This document shows positions 10,784 to 20,317 of a stretch of DNA of 64,000 bases, piece by piece. Below the pieces are notes generated by a model that was not told the DNA's origin, searched no databases, and saw only the letters and a program-made list of their open reading frames with translations. Both the position numbers and the translations under genes were made by a program. The stretch is from Prevotellaceae bacterium. GTDB taxonomy: Bacteria > Bacteroidota > Bacteroidia > Bacteroidales > Bacteroidaceae. The stretch is from positions 5,617 to 69,616 of the forward strand of contig JAQYEW010000064.1 in the NCBI GenBank assembly GCA_028723455.1. Direction: 5' to 3'. Every line of letters starts with the position of its first letter. Position 1 is the first letter of the stretch.

Positions 10784-11719
10784 TCATACAAGGAAAGTCT
10801 CGCCGCAAATCTCACATGCCTCTTCCTTTGTCTGTAACATGTAACGGGCGCTCTCGGCAAGCAGCCTCAAGAACTCTGTTACGGCTTTGCGCTGATAGAC
10901 TCCGGCAAGCGAGAGGACGGAAGTAGGCAAGACAAAATTCTCCTCAAAGTTTTTTCGCACCAAGCCTCTGACGGACAGTGTGGCCGCGTCGGGCAAGACA
11001 CTCACCCAGCGACCGCTTCGTACCATGAAGATGATGTGCGAGAGGTCGTTAACCTCCACTGCGGGCTGAAGCTGCACCCCGTGCTTGCGGGCAATCCGGT
11101 CGAGGAAGTTGCGTACAAGCAGGTTCCGGCTCGGCAGCACCAAAGGCTGGTGGCTTAGCTGTTCCAAACTGACTCTTTCCTTGCCGGCCAGCGGATGATG
11201 CTCGCCCATTATGGCGCACAGGCGTGTGGCAAAAAGAGGCTTCTCTGTCAGGTCCTCCTCCGTTTGGGCAGACTTGAAACTTAAGGCAATGTCCACTTCA
11301 TGCCGGCGCAGCATCTGGGTCAGCAAAGGGGCGGCTACTTGGTGAAGGCGGATGTCAATCTTGGGATATAGCTTATTGTATTCCGTAATGGTGTCAGCCA
11401 GCATGGCCAAGAGCCCCAGGCCTGCCGCAATACCTACGTTGATGGTGCCGCTCTGCAGGTTGACAACATCCGCGAGGCGCTGCAGGCTCTGTCGTTCAGT
11501 GTCCAGCAGCCTGAGGGCGTCCTCCAGAAAGATGCCGCCCTCGTTGGTCAGTTGGATATGCTTTCCGATACGATGGAAGAGCAATACGCCCAATTCATTC
11601 TCCAGTTGCTTTATCTGTTGCGAAAGGGTACTCTGCGTGATGTTTGAAAGACGGGCCGCTTCTGTAAAACTTAGCGTCTTGGCCGCATTTGCGAAATAGC
11701 GAAGTTGTCTGATCTCCAT
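10784..11719 (-). CDS. LysR family transcriptional regulator
   Basis: ORF 10784..11791 (TTG start) trimmed to M25, MEIRQLRYFANAAKTLSFTEAARLSNITQSTLSQQIKQLENELGVLLFHR, the canonical LysR HTH. Confidence 0.9.
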   Translation of the reverse strand: MEIRQLRYFANAAKTLSFTEAARLSNITQSTLSQQIKQLENELGVLLFHRIGKHIQLTNEGGIFLEDALRLLDTERQSLQRLADVVNLQSGTINVGIAAGLGLLAMLADTITEYNKLYPKIDIRLHQVAAPLLTQMLRRHEVDIALSFKSAQTEEDLTEKPLFATRLCAIMGEHHPLAGKERVSLEQLSHQPLVLPSRNLLVRNFLDRIARKHGVQLQPAVEVNDLSHIIFMVRSGRWVSVLPDAATLSVRGLVRKNFEENFVLPTSVLSLAGVYQRKAVTEFLRLLAESARYMLQTKEEACEICGETFLV

Positions 11720-11828
11720 GCCTGTTTCTTTTTTGCAAATATAAGCATTCCAGACGAAACAATTAGCATGATTCGCCCACTTCCGCAGCAAAATACCTAT
11801 TTGTGATTAGCCTACCAAAGACAGGGGA

Positions 11829-12548
11829 TTACCCTTGCTCCATCGTCAGGAAACCGGGGAACAGGATGTTGTTTTCCAATGAGATGTGTTCCTTCAGGTC
11901 CTGGAAAAAGCGGTAAAGTTCCTGATTCATCAGACGATAGGTGGCACAGCCGTCGGCGGGAGTGGTAAATCCCTCGGTAATGTCAGAGATACGCTGCCAG
12001 GTGTCGCCTGCGGTATCGTGCTCCGTCATCATCTGGCGAATGGGGTAGAGGATGCTTCCGCAGTGGAAGGGGGCGGCACTGCGCTGCTGCTGACTTGCCT
12101 CAAAAAGTTCGTACAGTTGGGGGAATAGCACCTGCTCCTCCTTGGCGAAATGGCTTTGCAGCTCTTCCATGGATTCGTCCACCATCTGTTTTACCTCAAT
12201 CAGTTCGGGATGACGGTCGCCATGCACGCCGGCCACCTTGTCCACCAGGCGCTGCAGCTCTTCATGATGTTCGTGGAAATTGCGGTGGTGATACTTCAGT
12301 ACGTAGTCCAGCACCAGGTCCAAGGGCCAGGATGCAAAAGCGGGAGCACCGCCTTCCGCCTCACCCGTTCTTTCCAGGCGGGCCAGCACGTCTTCGGGGC
12401 GCAGGTTTTGCTTTTGGCAGGAGGCCTCCAGCGTATCCCCTCCGTGGCAACAGTAGTCGATACCCAGTTGCTCAAATACCTTTGCGCGGTTGAAATCCTC
12501 GGCCACCATCTGGCCCACGGTCATCTCTTTTGTCAATTTCTTGTCCAT
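11829..12548 (-). CDS. Iron-sulfur cluster repair di-iron protein (RIC, ScdA/YtfE family)
   Basis: ORF 11829..12578 trimmed to M11. The ScdA_N motif GIDYCCHGGDTL is present, followed by hemerythrin-like H/E motifs (HHRNFHEHHEEL, HFAKEE, EHD). A TAccTTTG box at 12576-12583 supports the internal start. Confidence 0.85.
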   Translation of the reverse strand: MDKKLTKEMTVGQMVAEDFNRAKVFEQLGIDYCCHGGDTLEASCQKQNLRPEDVLARLERTGEAEGGAPAFASWPLDLVLDYVLKYHHRNFHEHHEELQRLVDKVAGVHGDRHPELIEVKQMVDESMEELQSHFAKEEQVLFPQLYELFEASQQQRSAAPFHCGSILYPIRQMMTEHDTAGDTWQRISDITEGFTTPADGCATYRLMNQELYRFFQDLKEHISLENNILFPGFLTMEQG

Positions 12549-12575
12549 ATTTTTTGTGTTTAATGATTTATGGTA

Positions 12576-12583
12576 CAAAGGTA
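12576..12583 (-). promoter_or_regulatory. Bacteroidota -7 promoter box (TAccTTTG) for the RIC gene
   Basis: Plus strand reads caaaggta, so the minus strand reads TACCTTTG, 28 nt upstream of the ATG at 12548. Confidence 0.45.
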
Positions 12584-12654
12584 CGACGAAAGAGCCCCCG
12601 TTTGCAGGTGATATGCAAGGGTTGTTTCTATGCCATCTATCGTTTTTTTCAATA

Positions 12655-13404
12655 CTACGGTTTCCGCAGGATTTCCGTCATGCTGTGCCAGATGCTGAAG
12701 CGCGCCTCGGGATTGATGGCTTCCAGTTGCTGCAACATTCCCTTCATGTTGGTGCGGTTTGTTTTGGCATCAAAGGGACAGACCTTAATTTGCTGCTTGA
12801 AGCCGGCCTGAAGGGCATACGCTTTTATATCCGCCTCGTGCACGAGGCAAAGAGGGCGGACGATGGTCATGTCAAACTTATCCATCTTCAACAGCGGACG
12901 CATGGTCGTGAAATTGCCCTCAAAGGTTATGTTCATCAGCATGGTCTCGATAATGTCGTCCATGTGGTGACCTAAGGCTATTTTGTTGCATTTTAATTCC
13001 TTTGCCAGTGAAAACATCGCTTTTCTACGGGTCCATGAACAGATAAAGCAACGCGATTTTTCGGGTTCTCTGTCAGCGTCGAAGGAGGTCGTGATGACAT
13101 GAAAGGGAACGCCTAAACTTTGGGCATATTCACACAGGTATTCCAGGTCCGAACAATAGGGCATATTCTCCATCGTTATATGTACGGCCCTCACCTCGAA
13201 TCTTGGTTTCCATATCCTGGAGCGCTCTGCCAGCAGGCGAAGCAGCACGATACTGTCCTTACCGCCCGAAAGGCCGACCAGGATGCGGTCGCCGTCCGTA
13301 ATGAGTCCGTATTCCACAACGCCCTTGTTAAAGCGTCGTTGGATGCGTGTCCATATTTTTTGCTCGTCTTTCAGTGAAGAGTTTTCTTCGACATTATTAC
13401 TCAT
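12655..13404 (-). CDS. PP-loop ATPase, TtcA-like tRNA 2-thiocytidine biosynthesis family
   Basis: ORF track, 249 aa. It has the PP-loop LSGGKDS and Cys motifs CFICSWTRR and VCPFD. Confidence 0.8.
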   Translation of the reverse strand: MSNNVEENSSLKDEQKIWTRIQRRFNKGVVEYGLITDGDRILVGLSGGKDSIVLLRLLAERSRIWKPRFEVRAVHITMENMPYCSDLEYLCEYAQSLGVPFHVITTSFDADREPEKSRCFICSWTRRKAMFSLAKELKCNKIALGHHMDDIIETMLMNITFEGNFTTMRPLLKMDKFDMTIVRPLCLVHEADIKAYALQAGFKQQIKVCPFDAKTNRTNMKGMLQQLEAINPEARFSIWHSMTEILRKP

Positions 13405-13417
13405 ATTTCTTTATATT

Positions 13418-13546
13418 TCAATACAAAGCACCCATTTTTTTCAAATACTCCTCTAATGGTTGCATGCCGGCGGCCTTGCGGTAATCATCCACTTTGTCTG
13501 CATCCAGCAACTGATAGACATGCCACTTCCCGTCCTTACCCCCCAT
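13418..13546 (-). CDS. Candidate small ORF (42 aa), unannotated, immediately upstream of the ttcA-like gene
   Basis: My translation is MGGKDGKWHVYQLLDADKVDDYRKAAGMQPLEEYLKKMGALY*. It falls below the 60-aa cutoff of the ORF track and ends 13 nt before the ttcA-like ATG. I recognise no family. Confidence 0.3.
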   Translation of the reverse strand: MGGKDGKWHVYQLLDADKVDDYRKAAGMQPLEEYLKKMGALY

Positions 13547-13685
13547 ACCTTTACATTATTGTATTGCAAAAATAGCAATTTATACAAAGGGAAGCAAGTG
13601 AACTTTTGAAATCAATGGAAAAAAATGCGCAAATAATGAAGAACGATTTGTCTTATTTTTTGACACACCACTTCTCATATATTTG

Positions 13686-13752
13686 TTCTGACAAAACTAT
13701 ATATATGATTTGACCAAAACATATATTTAATTTGACCAAAACATATAGTTAA
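13686..13752. repeat. Tandem 22-23 bp repeat array A: 3 units in reverse orientation relative to arrays B and C
   Basis: Units are ttctgacaaaactatatatatga (13686-13708), tttgaccaaaacatatatttaa (13709-13730) and tttgaccaaaacatatagttaa (13731-13752). A degenerate unit starts near 13661. Confidence 0.8.
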
Positions 13753-13856
13753 TTTTCGGCATATTGTAATTGCCTAAGAATCAGTAGGCAGCGGAAAGGG
13801 ATGATTCCAGGGGCGTTTTATGGCTTGCAGATGTCTTTGCTTTGGGTGTTTTTACG

Positions 13857-13864
13857 TACCTTTG
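13857..13864 (+). promoter_or_regulatory. Bacteroidota -7 promoter box (TAccTTTG) for the TrmH-family gene and mfd
   Basis: The sequence is tacctttg, with a TTTG at 13836-13839 as a possible -33 element. The ATG is at 13893. Confidence 0.5.
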
Positions 13865-13892
13865 CAGTTGTATTTTAGATAAAAAACAACCC

Positions 13893-14645
13893 ATGTTCAC
13901 ACGAAACCGCATCAAGGAAATCAAGTCGCTGGAGCAAAAGAAGTACCGCAAACGCATGGGGCTTTTTGTTGCCGAAGGCCCGAAATTGGTTTTAGATTTG
14001 TTGGGCACATTTGAACCCGTTTACATCCTTGTTACTCCGCGTTGGCTGAATCAGCATCCCGGCGTACTGCCCCAGGGCGTGGAAACAGACATTGTTCCGC
14101 AGGAGGAGCTGACGCGCAGCAGTTTGCAGCAGCATCCGCAGGATATTCTTTGCCTCTTCCGCATCCCGCATTTTGAAGCCATAATGGCTGAGGAAGCCCG
14201 ACATTCGCTGGTGCTGGCGTTGGACGGCGTGCAAGACCCCGGCAATCTGGGTACCATCGTGCGCCTGGCGGATTGGTTTGGCATCCGGGATGTGTTCTGT
14301 TCGCCTCTCACGGCCGACATATATTCGCCCAAGGCAGTGCAGGCAACGATGGGTGCCCTGGCGCGCGTAAGGGTGCATTATACGAATCTGGCAGAGGCAT
14401 TGCAGGGTTTTCAAGGCCCTGTCTTTGGAACTTTTTTGGGCGGAGAGGATATTTACCGTTCAGAACTGACACAGCAGGGTGTGATCGTGATGGGCAATGA
14501 GGGCAATGGCATCGGCGCCGAGATGGCGGAGCGTGTTACGCACCGTCTCTTCATTCCTCCCTTTCCGGCGGACGTACCCACAAGCGAGAGCCTGAACGTA
14601 GCTATGGCCACGGCCATCACGCTTTCCGAGTTTCGTAGAAGATGA
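13893..14645 (+). CDS. TrmH/SpoU family RNA 2'-O-methyltransferase
   Basis: ORF 13842..14645 trimmed to M18 (MFTRNRIKEIKSLEQKKYRKRMGLFVAEGPKLV). SpoU motifs are LDGVQDPGNLGTIVRLADWFG, VIVMGNEGNGI and ESLNVAMATAI. Confidence 0.85.
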   Translation: MFTRNRIKEIKSLEQKKYRKRMGLFVAEGPKLVLDLLGTFEPVYILVTPRWLNQHPGVLPQGVETDIVPQEELTRSSLQQHPQDILCLFRIPHFEAIMAEEARHSLVLALDGVQDPGNLGTIVRLADWFGIRDVFCSPLTADIYSPKAVQATMGALARVRVHYTNLAEALQGFQGPVFGTFLGGEDIYRSELTQQGVIVMGNEGNGIGAEMAERVTHRLFIPPFPADVPTSESLNVAMATAITLSEFRRR

Positions 14646-17600
14646 CCCTGAAGCCCATGGACATTTCCGAATTGCTCAAACTGTACAAAGGAACAGAGGG
14701 CTTCAAGCAAACGCTGACAGCCATCACGAAAAGCCACATGCGGCACATCTCGCTGATGGGTCTGCAGGGAAGCGCTCAGGCCGTATTGTTCGGCGCCCTG
14801 CATCGCTACGGAGCCAAGGCCATGATGCAGCCCTTCCTCTTTATCCTGAACGATGCCGAGGAGGCGGGCTATTTCTACCACGATCTGGTGCAGATGTTGG
14901 GGGAGGAGCAGGTGCTTTTCTACCCCAGTTCCTTCCGGCGCGAGGTGCGTTTCGGACAGCGCGACGCCGCGAGCGAAATCCTGCGCACAGAAGTGCTGAC
15001 ACGGCTGACGGACGAAAGCGCGCGACGGGGCGGACTGTACGTTGTTACCTATCCCGACGCACTTTGTGAATTGGTGGTAAGCCGTCGGCAACTGACGGAG
15101 AACACCCTTACCTTACGTGAAAGACAAGAGGCTGATATATATGCTGTTGAGAAGCATTTACAGGAGTTAGGCTTTAACCGGACGGACTATGTCTATGAGC
15201 CAGGGCAATACGCTGTGCGTGGTGGTATCCTGGATGTGTTCAGTTTCTCCTATGAGCGTCCCTACCGCATTGATTTCTTTGACAACGAGGTGGACAGCAT
15301 ACGTACCTTTTTGGTGGAAAGCCAGCTTTCGCAGGACCGCGTGGAGAGCATTCAGATCGTGCCCGAGTTCGGTCAGAAACAGGGTAGGGGCGAGCATGTC
15401 CTCCAGTTTGTCCCCGAGAACACCCTTCTAGTTACGCCCAACATCGGATATGTCGCCGAGCGTGTGGCCGCCATCTACGAGACGGGATTCTCCAGCCAGG
15501 CGCTTAGGGAGGAGTCTGAAGTGGGGCTGAACGAAGGCGAGGGCGAGACAAAACTGGATAAAAGACTGTTGTTGGTTCGCGGCGATGTGTTCAAGGATCG
15601 TCTCCCGGACTTCCGCCTGATCGAAATAGGGCGTCAGAGTTATACCACGGAAACCGCTGTCATTGCTTTTGATACCCACCTGCAACCCAGCCTGCACAAG
15701 AATTTCGACCTTATCCGCGATAATTTCCTGCGCCTGATGGCTCAGGGCTACACCTTATATATATTGGCTGATTCCGCGAAGCAGAATGAGCGTCTGAAAA
15801 GTATCTTTGAGGATCAAAACGCCGGTGTCCGTTTTACGCCGGTGAACAAAACCCTGCATGCGGGCTACAGCGACGCTCTCCTGAAAGCCTGTTTCTTTAC
15901 CGACCACCAGATCTTCGATCGCTTCCACAAATACAATCTGCGTAGCGACAAGGCACGCTCGGGAAAGATGGCCTTGACGCTGAAAGAGTTGCAGCAGTTC
16001 GAGATCGGCGATTACGTGGTACACGTTGACCACGGTATCGGTCGTTTTGGCGGACTGGTCAGTATCCCCGAGGATGGTCGCTTGCAGGAGAAGATAAAGA
16101 TCATCTTCCAAAACAACGATACGGTGTTCGTGAGCATCCACGCCTTGCACAAGGTTAGCAAGTACAAGGGCAAGGACGGAGAACCGCCGCGCGTAAGCCG
16201 CCTTGGCACAGGTGCTTGGGAAAGGTTGAAGGACCGTACCAAGGCGCACGTCAAGGACATTGCGCGCGACCTGATCAAGCTGTACAGTATGCGTCAAAAG
16301 GAACGTGGCTTCCAATTCTCCCACGACGGATATTTGCAGCATGAGCTGGAGGCCAGTTTCCTTTACGAAGACACGCCCGACCAGCAAAAGGCAACGCAGG
16401 AAGTGAAGGCCGACATGGAGAAAGCGAAGCCGATGGACCGCCTGGTGTGCGGAGACGTAGGTTTCGGCAAGACGGAGGTGGCCGTTCGCGCTGCCTTCAA
16501 AGCCTGTGTGGACAACAAACAGGTGGCCGTACTGGTGCCTACGACCGTATTGGCCTACCAGCATTTCCGCACCTTCAGCGAACGCCTAAAGGACTTCCCC
16601 GTCCGGGTGGATTACCTTTCCAGATCCAAGACTGGCAAAGCCTTGAAAGACACGCTCAAGCGATTGGAGGAGGGTAGCCTGAATATCATCATCGGCACAC
16701 ATAAACTGTTGGGTAAGACGGTGAAGTTCAAAGACCTTGGCTTGCTCATCGTGGACGAGGAACAGAAGTTCGGTGTCAGCACGAAAGAGAAGCTGAGACA
16801 GTTGCGTACCAATGTGGACACGCTTACGCTGACGGCAACGCCCATCCCCCGAACCCTACAGTTCAGCCTGATGGGCGCACGCGACTTGAGCGTTATCCAA
16901 ACGCCACCGCCCAACCGCTATCCCATTCAGACGGAGATTCACAGCTTCAATGCGCAAATCATAGCCGATGCCATCAACTTCGAGATGAGCCGCAACGGAC
17001 AGGTGTATTTTATCAACAACCGTATCAATAACCTGCCCGAACTGGAATTGCTGATTCATAAGTATGTGCCCGATGCCCGTGTGGCTGTGGGGCACGGGCG
17101 TATGGCAGGCGACGAATTGGAGAAAATCCTGCTTGACTTTGCCAATCAGGAGTTTGATGTCTTGCTATCCACAACGATTGTCGAGAGCGGCATCGACATT
17201 CCCAATGCCAACACCATCATCATCAATGGCGCGCAGAACTTTGGTTTGAGCGATTTGCACCAGATGCGCGGGCGTGTGGGCAGGTCGAACAAGAAGGCAT
17301 TCTGCTATCTCCTGGCACCTCCCCTGAGCGGACTGAGCAACGACGCACGCCGCCGCTTGCAGGCCATTGAGAATTTCAGTGATTTGGGGAGTGGCATTCA
17401 TATTTCCATGCAGGATCTGGATATCCGCGGCGCCGGCAATCTGTTGGGATCAGAACAAAGCGGCTTCATCGCTGATTTGGGATACGAGACCTATCAGAAG
17501 ATTCTGAAAGAAGCTGTCAACGAACTGCGCAACGAGGAGTTCGGCGACCTCTACAAAGACCAGATGGCTGCGGGACAACAAGTGGATGGCAATGATTTCG

Positions 17601-18064
17601 TGTCGGAGTGTCTTCTGGACAGCGATGTCTATATGCTCTTTCCCGAGGAATACGTTCCCGGCAGCAGCGAGCGCATGATGCTTTACCGTGAATTGGACAG
17701 TTTGGAAAGCGACGAGCAGGTGGAGCAGTTCCGCCGGCGCATGACGGACCGCTTCGGTGCGATTCCGCCCGAGGGCGAGGAACTGATCCGCGTTGTCGCC
17801 CTGCGCCGGTTGGGCAAATACTTTGGTGCGGAACGTATTGTGCTGAAGCAAGGCCGTATGCGCATGGTGTTCGTCCAGAACGACAAGAGTGCTTTTTATC
17901 AAAGTCCTGCCTTCGGTCAGGTCATTGGCTATGCCACCACGAACATTCACCGCTGTAAGTTGGAGGAGCGCGCGGATATGCGCAGCCTGCTGATACGCGA
18001 TGTGGATACCGTTGAAAAGGCAGTGGATCTGCTGCGTCAGATGACAAAAGTAAAGGCAGTATAA
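14642..18064 (+). CDS. mfd: Transcription-repair coupling factor
   Basis: ORF track, 1140 aa. It has the helicase motifs GDVGFGKTEVA and DEEQKFG and a TRCF C-terminal domain. There is a 4-nt overlap with the upstream gene. Confidence 0.97.
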   Translation: MTLKPMDISELLKLYKGTEGFKQTLTAITKSHMRHISLMGLQGSAQAVLFGALHRYGAKAMMQPFLFILNDAEEAGYFYHDLVQMLGEEQVLFYPSSFRREVRFGQRDAASEILRTEVLTRLTDESARRGGLYVVTYPDALCELVVSRRQLTENTLTLRERQEADIYAVEKHLQELGFNRTDYVYEPGQYAVRGGILDVFSFSYERPYRIDFFDNEVDSIRTFLVESQLSQDRVESIQIVPEFGQKQGRGEHVLQFVPENTLLVTPNIGYVAERVAAIYETGFSSQALREESEVGLNEGEGETKLDKRLLLVRGDVFKDRLPDFRLIEIGRQSYTTETAVIAFDTHLQPSLHKNFDLIRDNFLRLMAQGYTLYILADSAKQNERLKSIFEDQNAGVRFTPVNKTLHAGYSDALLKACFFTDHQIFDRFHKYNLRSDKARSGKMALTLKELQQFEIGDYVVHVDHGIGRFGGLVSIPEDGRLQEKIKIIFQNNDTVFVSIHALHKVSKYKGKDGEPPRVSRLGTGAWERLKDRTKAHVKDIARDLIKLYSMRQKERGFQFSHDGYLQHELEASFLYEDTPDQQKATQEVKADMEKAKPMDRLVCGDVGFGKTEVAVRAAFKACVDNKQVAVLVPTTVLAYQHFRTFSERLKDFPVRVDYLSRSKTGKALKDTLKRLEEGSLNIIIGTHKLLGKTVKFKDLGLLIVDEEQKFGVSTKEKLRQLRTNVDTLTLTATPIPRTLQFSLMGARDLSVIQTPPPNRYPIQTEIHSFNAQIIADAINFEMSRNGQVYFINNRINNLPELELLIHKYVPDARVAVGHGRMAGDELEKILLDFANQEFDVLLSTTIVESGIDIPNANTIIINGAQNFGLSDLHQMRGRVGRSNKKAFCYLLAPPLSGLSNDARRRLQAIENFSDLGSGIHISMQDLDIRGAGNLLGSEQSGFIADLGYETYQKILKEAVNELRNEEFGDLYKDQMAAGQQVDGNDFVSECLLDSDVYMLFPEEYVPGSSERMMLYRELDSLESDEQVEQFRRRMTDRFGAIPPEGEELIRVVALRRLGKYFGAERIVLKQGRMRMVFVQNDKSAFYQSPAFGQVIGYATTNIHRCKLEERADMRSLLIRDVDTVEKAVDLLRQMTKVKAV

Positions 18065-18093
18065 TAAAATTTTGCAATTACCGGAAAAAGCGT

Positions 18094-18101
18094 TATCTTT
18101 G
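18094..18101 (+). promoter_or_regulatory. Bacteroidota -7 box (TAtcTTTG) with a -33 TTTG at 18071-18074, driving the riboswitch and btuB-like operon
   Basis: The sequence is ttatctttg, with a 19-nt spacer to the upstream tttg. Confidence 0.5.
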
Positions 18102-18102
18102 C

Positions 18103-18290
18103 ATCCGCTGAGGTTCGCCCTTGAAAGGCGATGAAAAGGGAATGGGGTGCGAATCCCCGACAGTCCCGCTGCTGTGAACAGTCCTTTGCGACGCCAAACC
18201 ACAAGAAAACCACTGACCGCCGAGGCCGGGAAGGTTGTTTGGCATCCGACTGCAAGTCAGAAGACCTGCCTTGGAAGTAATAACCGTCTG
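18103..18290 (+). ncRNA. Cobalamin (AdoCbl) riboswitch
   Basis: The conserved core is gaaaagggaatggggtgcgaatccccgacagtcccgctgctgtga. It also has ccactgaccgccgaggccgggaagg and a B12 box agtcagaagacctgcc at 18255-18270. It lies directly upstream of a TonB-dependent receptor. Confidence 0.9.
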
Positions 18291-18337
18291 CATGAAGGCC
18301 GGCGAGGAACGGCCGTAGAGGAAAAGTCAAGAAGTCA

Positions 18338-20305
18338 GTGTTAAACGGACGTCGTCTGATAACGGCGGCAATGGGTGTGTATGCCTGTGCCCTGTATGCC
18401 CGAAACGATACGCTCCACAGCCGCCAAATGACGGAGGTGGAGGTGAAGGCGCAACGCCTGTCGGACGTGCATGCCCTTACAGCCGTGCGCAGCCTTTCTT
18501 CGGCAGACCATCTGCGCCTGGGCGTTACGGACATGGGCGATGCCCTGCGTCGCATGCCCGGTGTAACGCTGCGCGATTATGGCGGTGCGGGAAGCCGCAA
18601 GAGCATAGCCATTCGCGGCTTGGGCAGTCAGCATACGGGCGTTAGCTATGATGGCGTTACGCTTTCGGAATGTCAGACGGGCAGCATCGACCTCTCGCGC
18701 TACACCTTGGAACAGGCGGCCCGTGTGTCGATGTCCATTGGCGGTGAAGGCCAGATGTTGTTGCCGGCACGCCAATTGGCATATCCCGCTGTGCTTAGTA
18801 TTGAAACAACGGAAGAAAGAGATAAAAAGCCTCACCTGAATACAAGTATTACCGCAGGCAGCTTCCTTACTTTCCGTCCTTTTGTGAAATATCAACAGGG
18901 AGTGGGCAAGGGATGGACCTTGGGTGCTACGCTGGACGGGCTGTACTCCAGGAATAACTTCCCCTACAAGATACGTAACGGACAAACCATCCAACGCGAG
19001 CACCGCAGGAACAGCAAACTTTGGAACGGACATGGCGAAGTGGATATTATCCGCGAAGGTAGAGACAGCGAGATGCGCATCAAGTTGTATGGATATACCG
19101 ACAGCCGGGAATTGCCTGGACAGGTGCGCTATTATACCAATGTCAGCGGAGAAAAGTTGGACGAACGCAACACCTTTGCACAGTTTCAATACACCTACCG
19201 CGGTTTTTCCCGACTCACCTTCAAGGGCATTGCCAAATACAATTATTTCCAAAGCGATTACAAGGACGAACTTTCCCTGCCCGGACGAAGCTTAGCCGTT
19301 TATACTCAACGCGAGGCTTATGCCTCCCTGATGGCAGGATACACGCCCTTAAAGGGGATGCTGCTTAATTACGCCGGCGATTATGCCTTCAACAATCTAT
19401 GGGGAAGTGAGACAACGGTTACGCGTCCATCGAGACACACGATGTTGCATGCCTTCTCCATCGTCTATACGTGGCGGATGCTTACCGTGCAGGGACGCAT
19501 GTTAGGGTCGTATTATTATAATGATGACCGCCGGGGCCCTGCGGGAGAGGATGTTCAACGCTGGTCGCCAAATATTATGTTCCGAATAAACATCCCCGGA
19601 AATACGGGGCTTTCCGTTCGGGCATCCTACAAGGACATCTTTCGTATGCCCACGTTCAACGAACTTTATTACTACCACTATGGTTCTACGGACCTGAAAC
19701 CGGAGAATACGCGTCAGGGTAATTTGGGATTGGGGTGGAGTTATAACCGCAAGCGGTGGGATGTGGAAGTGGGCATCGATGCCTTTGCCAATCGTGTAAG
19801 GGACAAAATCGTGGCTGTTCCCTTTAACCTTTTTATCTGGCGCACGGTCAATGTGGGCAAGGTTAACGGGCAAGGTCTGGAATTAAACACGCGCATCGGA
19901 TGGCAAATAACGGACAGACACAGGTTGGATGCCAGCCTTGCAGGCTCTTTGCAAAGCATCCGTAACCGCACGAATGCGGCATCCTCGGCCTATGGCAAGC
20001 AAATTGCCTATATACCCCAACGAACGGGCAGCGCTTCCTTGGGATGGGAGAATCCGTGGCTGAATATTGTTCTTTCCGCCTATGCGCAATCCGATTGCTA
20101 CACGACGAACGACCACGTACCGGGTACTCGCGTTGACGGCTTCAACGAAATAAACTTAGGTATCTACCGCCGATGGAAACGGCGCAGAGGTGTTTTCACC
20201 GCCCGAGCCGATATACGCAATCTTTTGGACAGACGTTACGAACTGGTTGCACGCTATCCCATGCCTGGCCGCAACTGGCAATTGACACTAAATTACCAAC
20301 TCTAA
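18338..20305 (+). CDS. btuB: TonB-dependent receptor, BtuB-like (riboswitch-controlled)
   Basis: ORF track, 655 aa, GTG start. The plug region is DALRRMPGVTLRDYGGAGSRKSIAIRGLGSQHTGVSYDGV and the terminal motif is ..NWQLTLNYQL. The context is the cobalamin riboswitch. Confidence 0.85.
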   Translation: MLNGRRLITAAMGVYACALYARNDTLHSRQMTEVEVKAQRLSDVHALTAVRSLSSADHLRLGVTDMGDALRRMPGVTLRDYGGAGSRKSIAIRGLGSQHTGVSYDGVTLSECQTGSIDLSRYTLEQAARVSMSIGGEGQMLLPARQLAYPAVLSIETTEERDKKPHLNTSITAGSFLTFRPFVKYQQGVGKGWTLGATLDGLYSRNNFPYKIRNGQTIQREHRRNSKLWNGHGEVDIIREGRDSEMRIKLYGYTDSRELPGQVRYYTNVSGEKLDERNTFAQFQYTYRGFSRLTFKGIAKYNYFQSDYKDELSLPGRSLAVYTQREAYASLMAGYTPLKGMLLNYAGDYAFNNLWGSETTVTRPSRHTMLHAFSIVYTWRMLTVQGRMLGSYYYNDDRRGPAGEDVQRWSPNIMFRINIPGNTGLSVRASYKDIFRMPTFNELYYYHYGSTDLKPENTRQGNLGLGWSYNRKRWDVEVGIDAFANRVRDKIVAVPFNLFIWRTVNVGKVNGQGLELNTRIGWQITDRHRLDASLAGSLQSIRNRTNAASSAYGKQIAYIPQRTGSASLGWENPWLNIVLSAYAQSDCYTTNDHVPGTRVDGFNEINLGIYRRWKRRRGVFTARADIRNLLDRRYELVARYPMPGRNWQLTLNYQL

Positions 20306-20317
20306 AAACATACTACA

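Noticed and set aside
11755-11765. An apparent one-base discrepancy between my manual reading of an A-run near 11757-11762 and the reading frame implied by the ORF track (a possible frameshift in the 5' extension of the LysR ORF).
   Set aside because: It lies upstream of the likely true start (MEIRQL.., 11719). It is most likely my own miscount of a homopolymer, and it does not affect the gene call.
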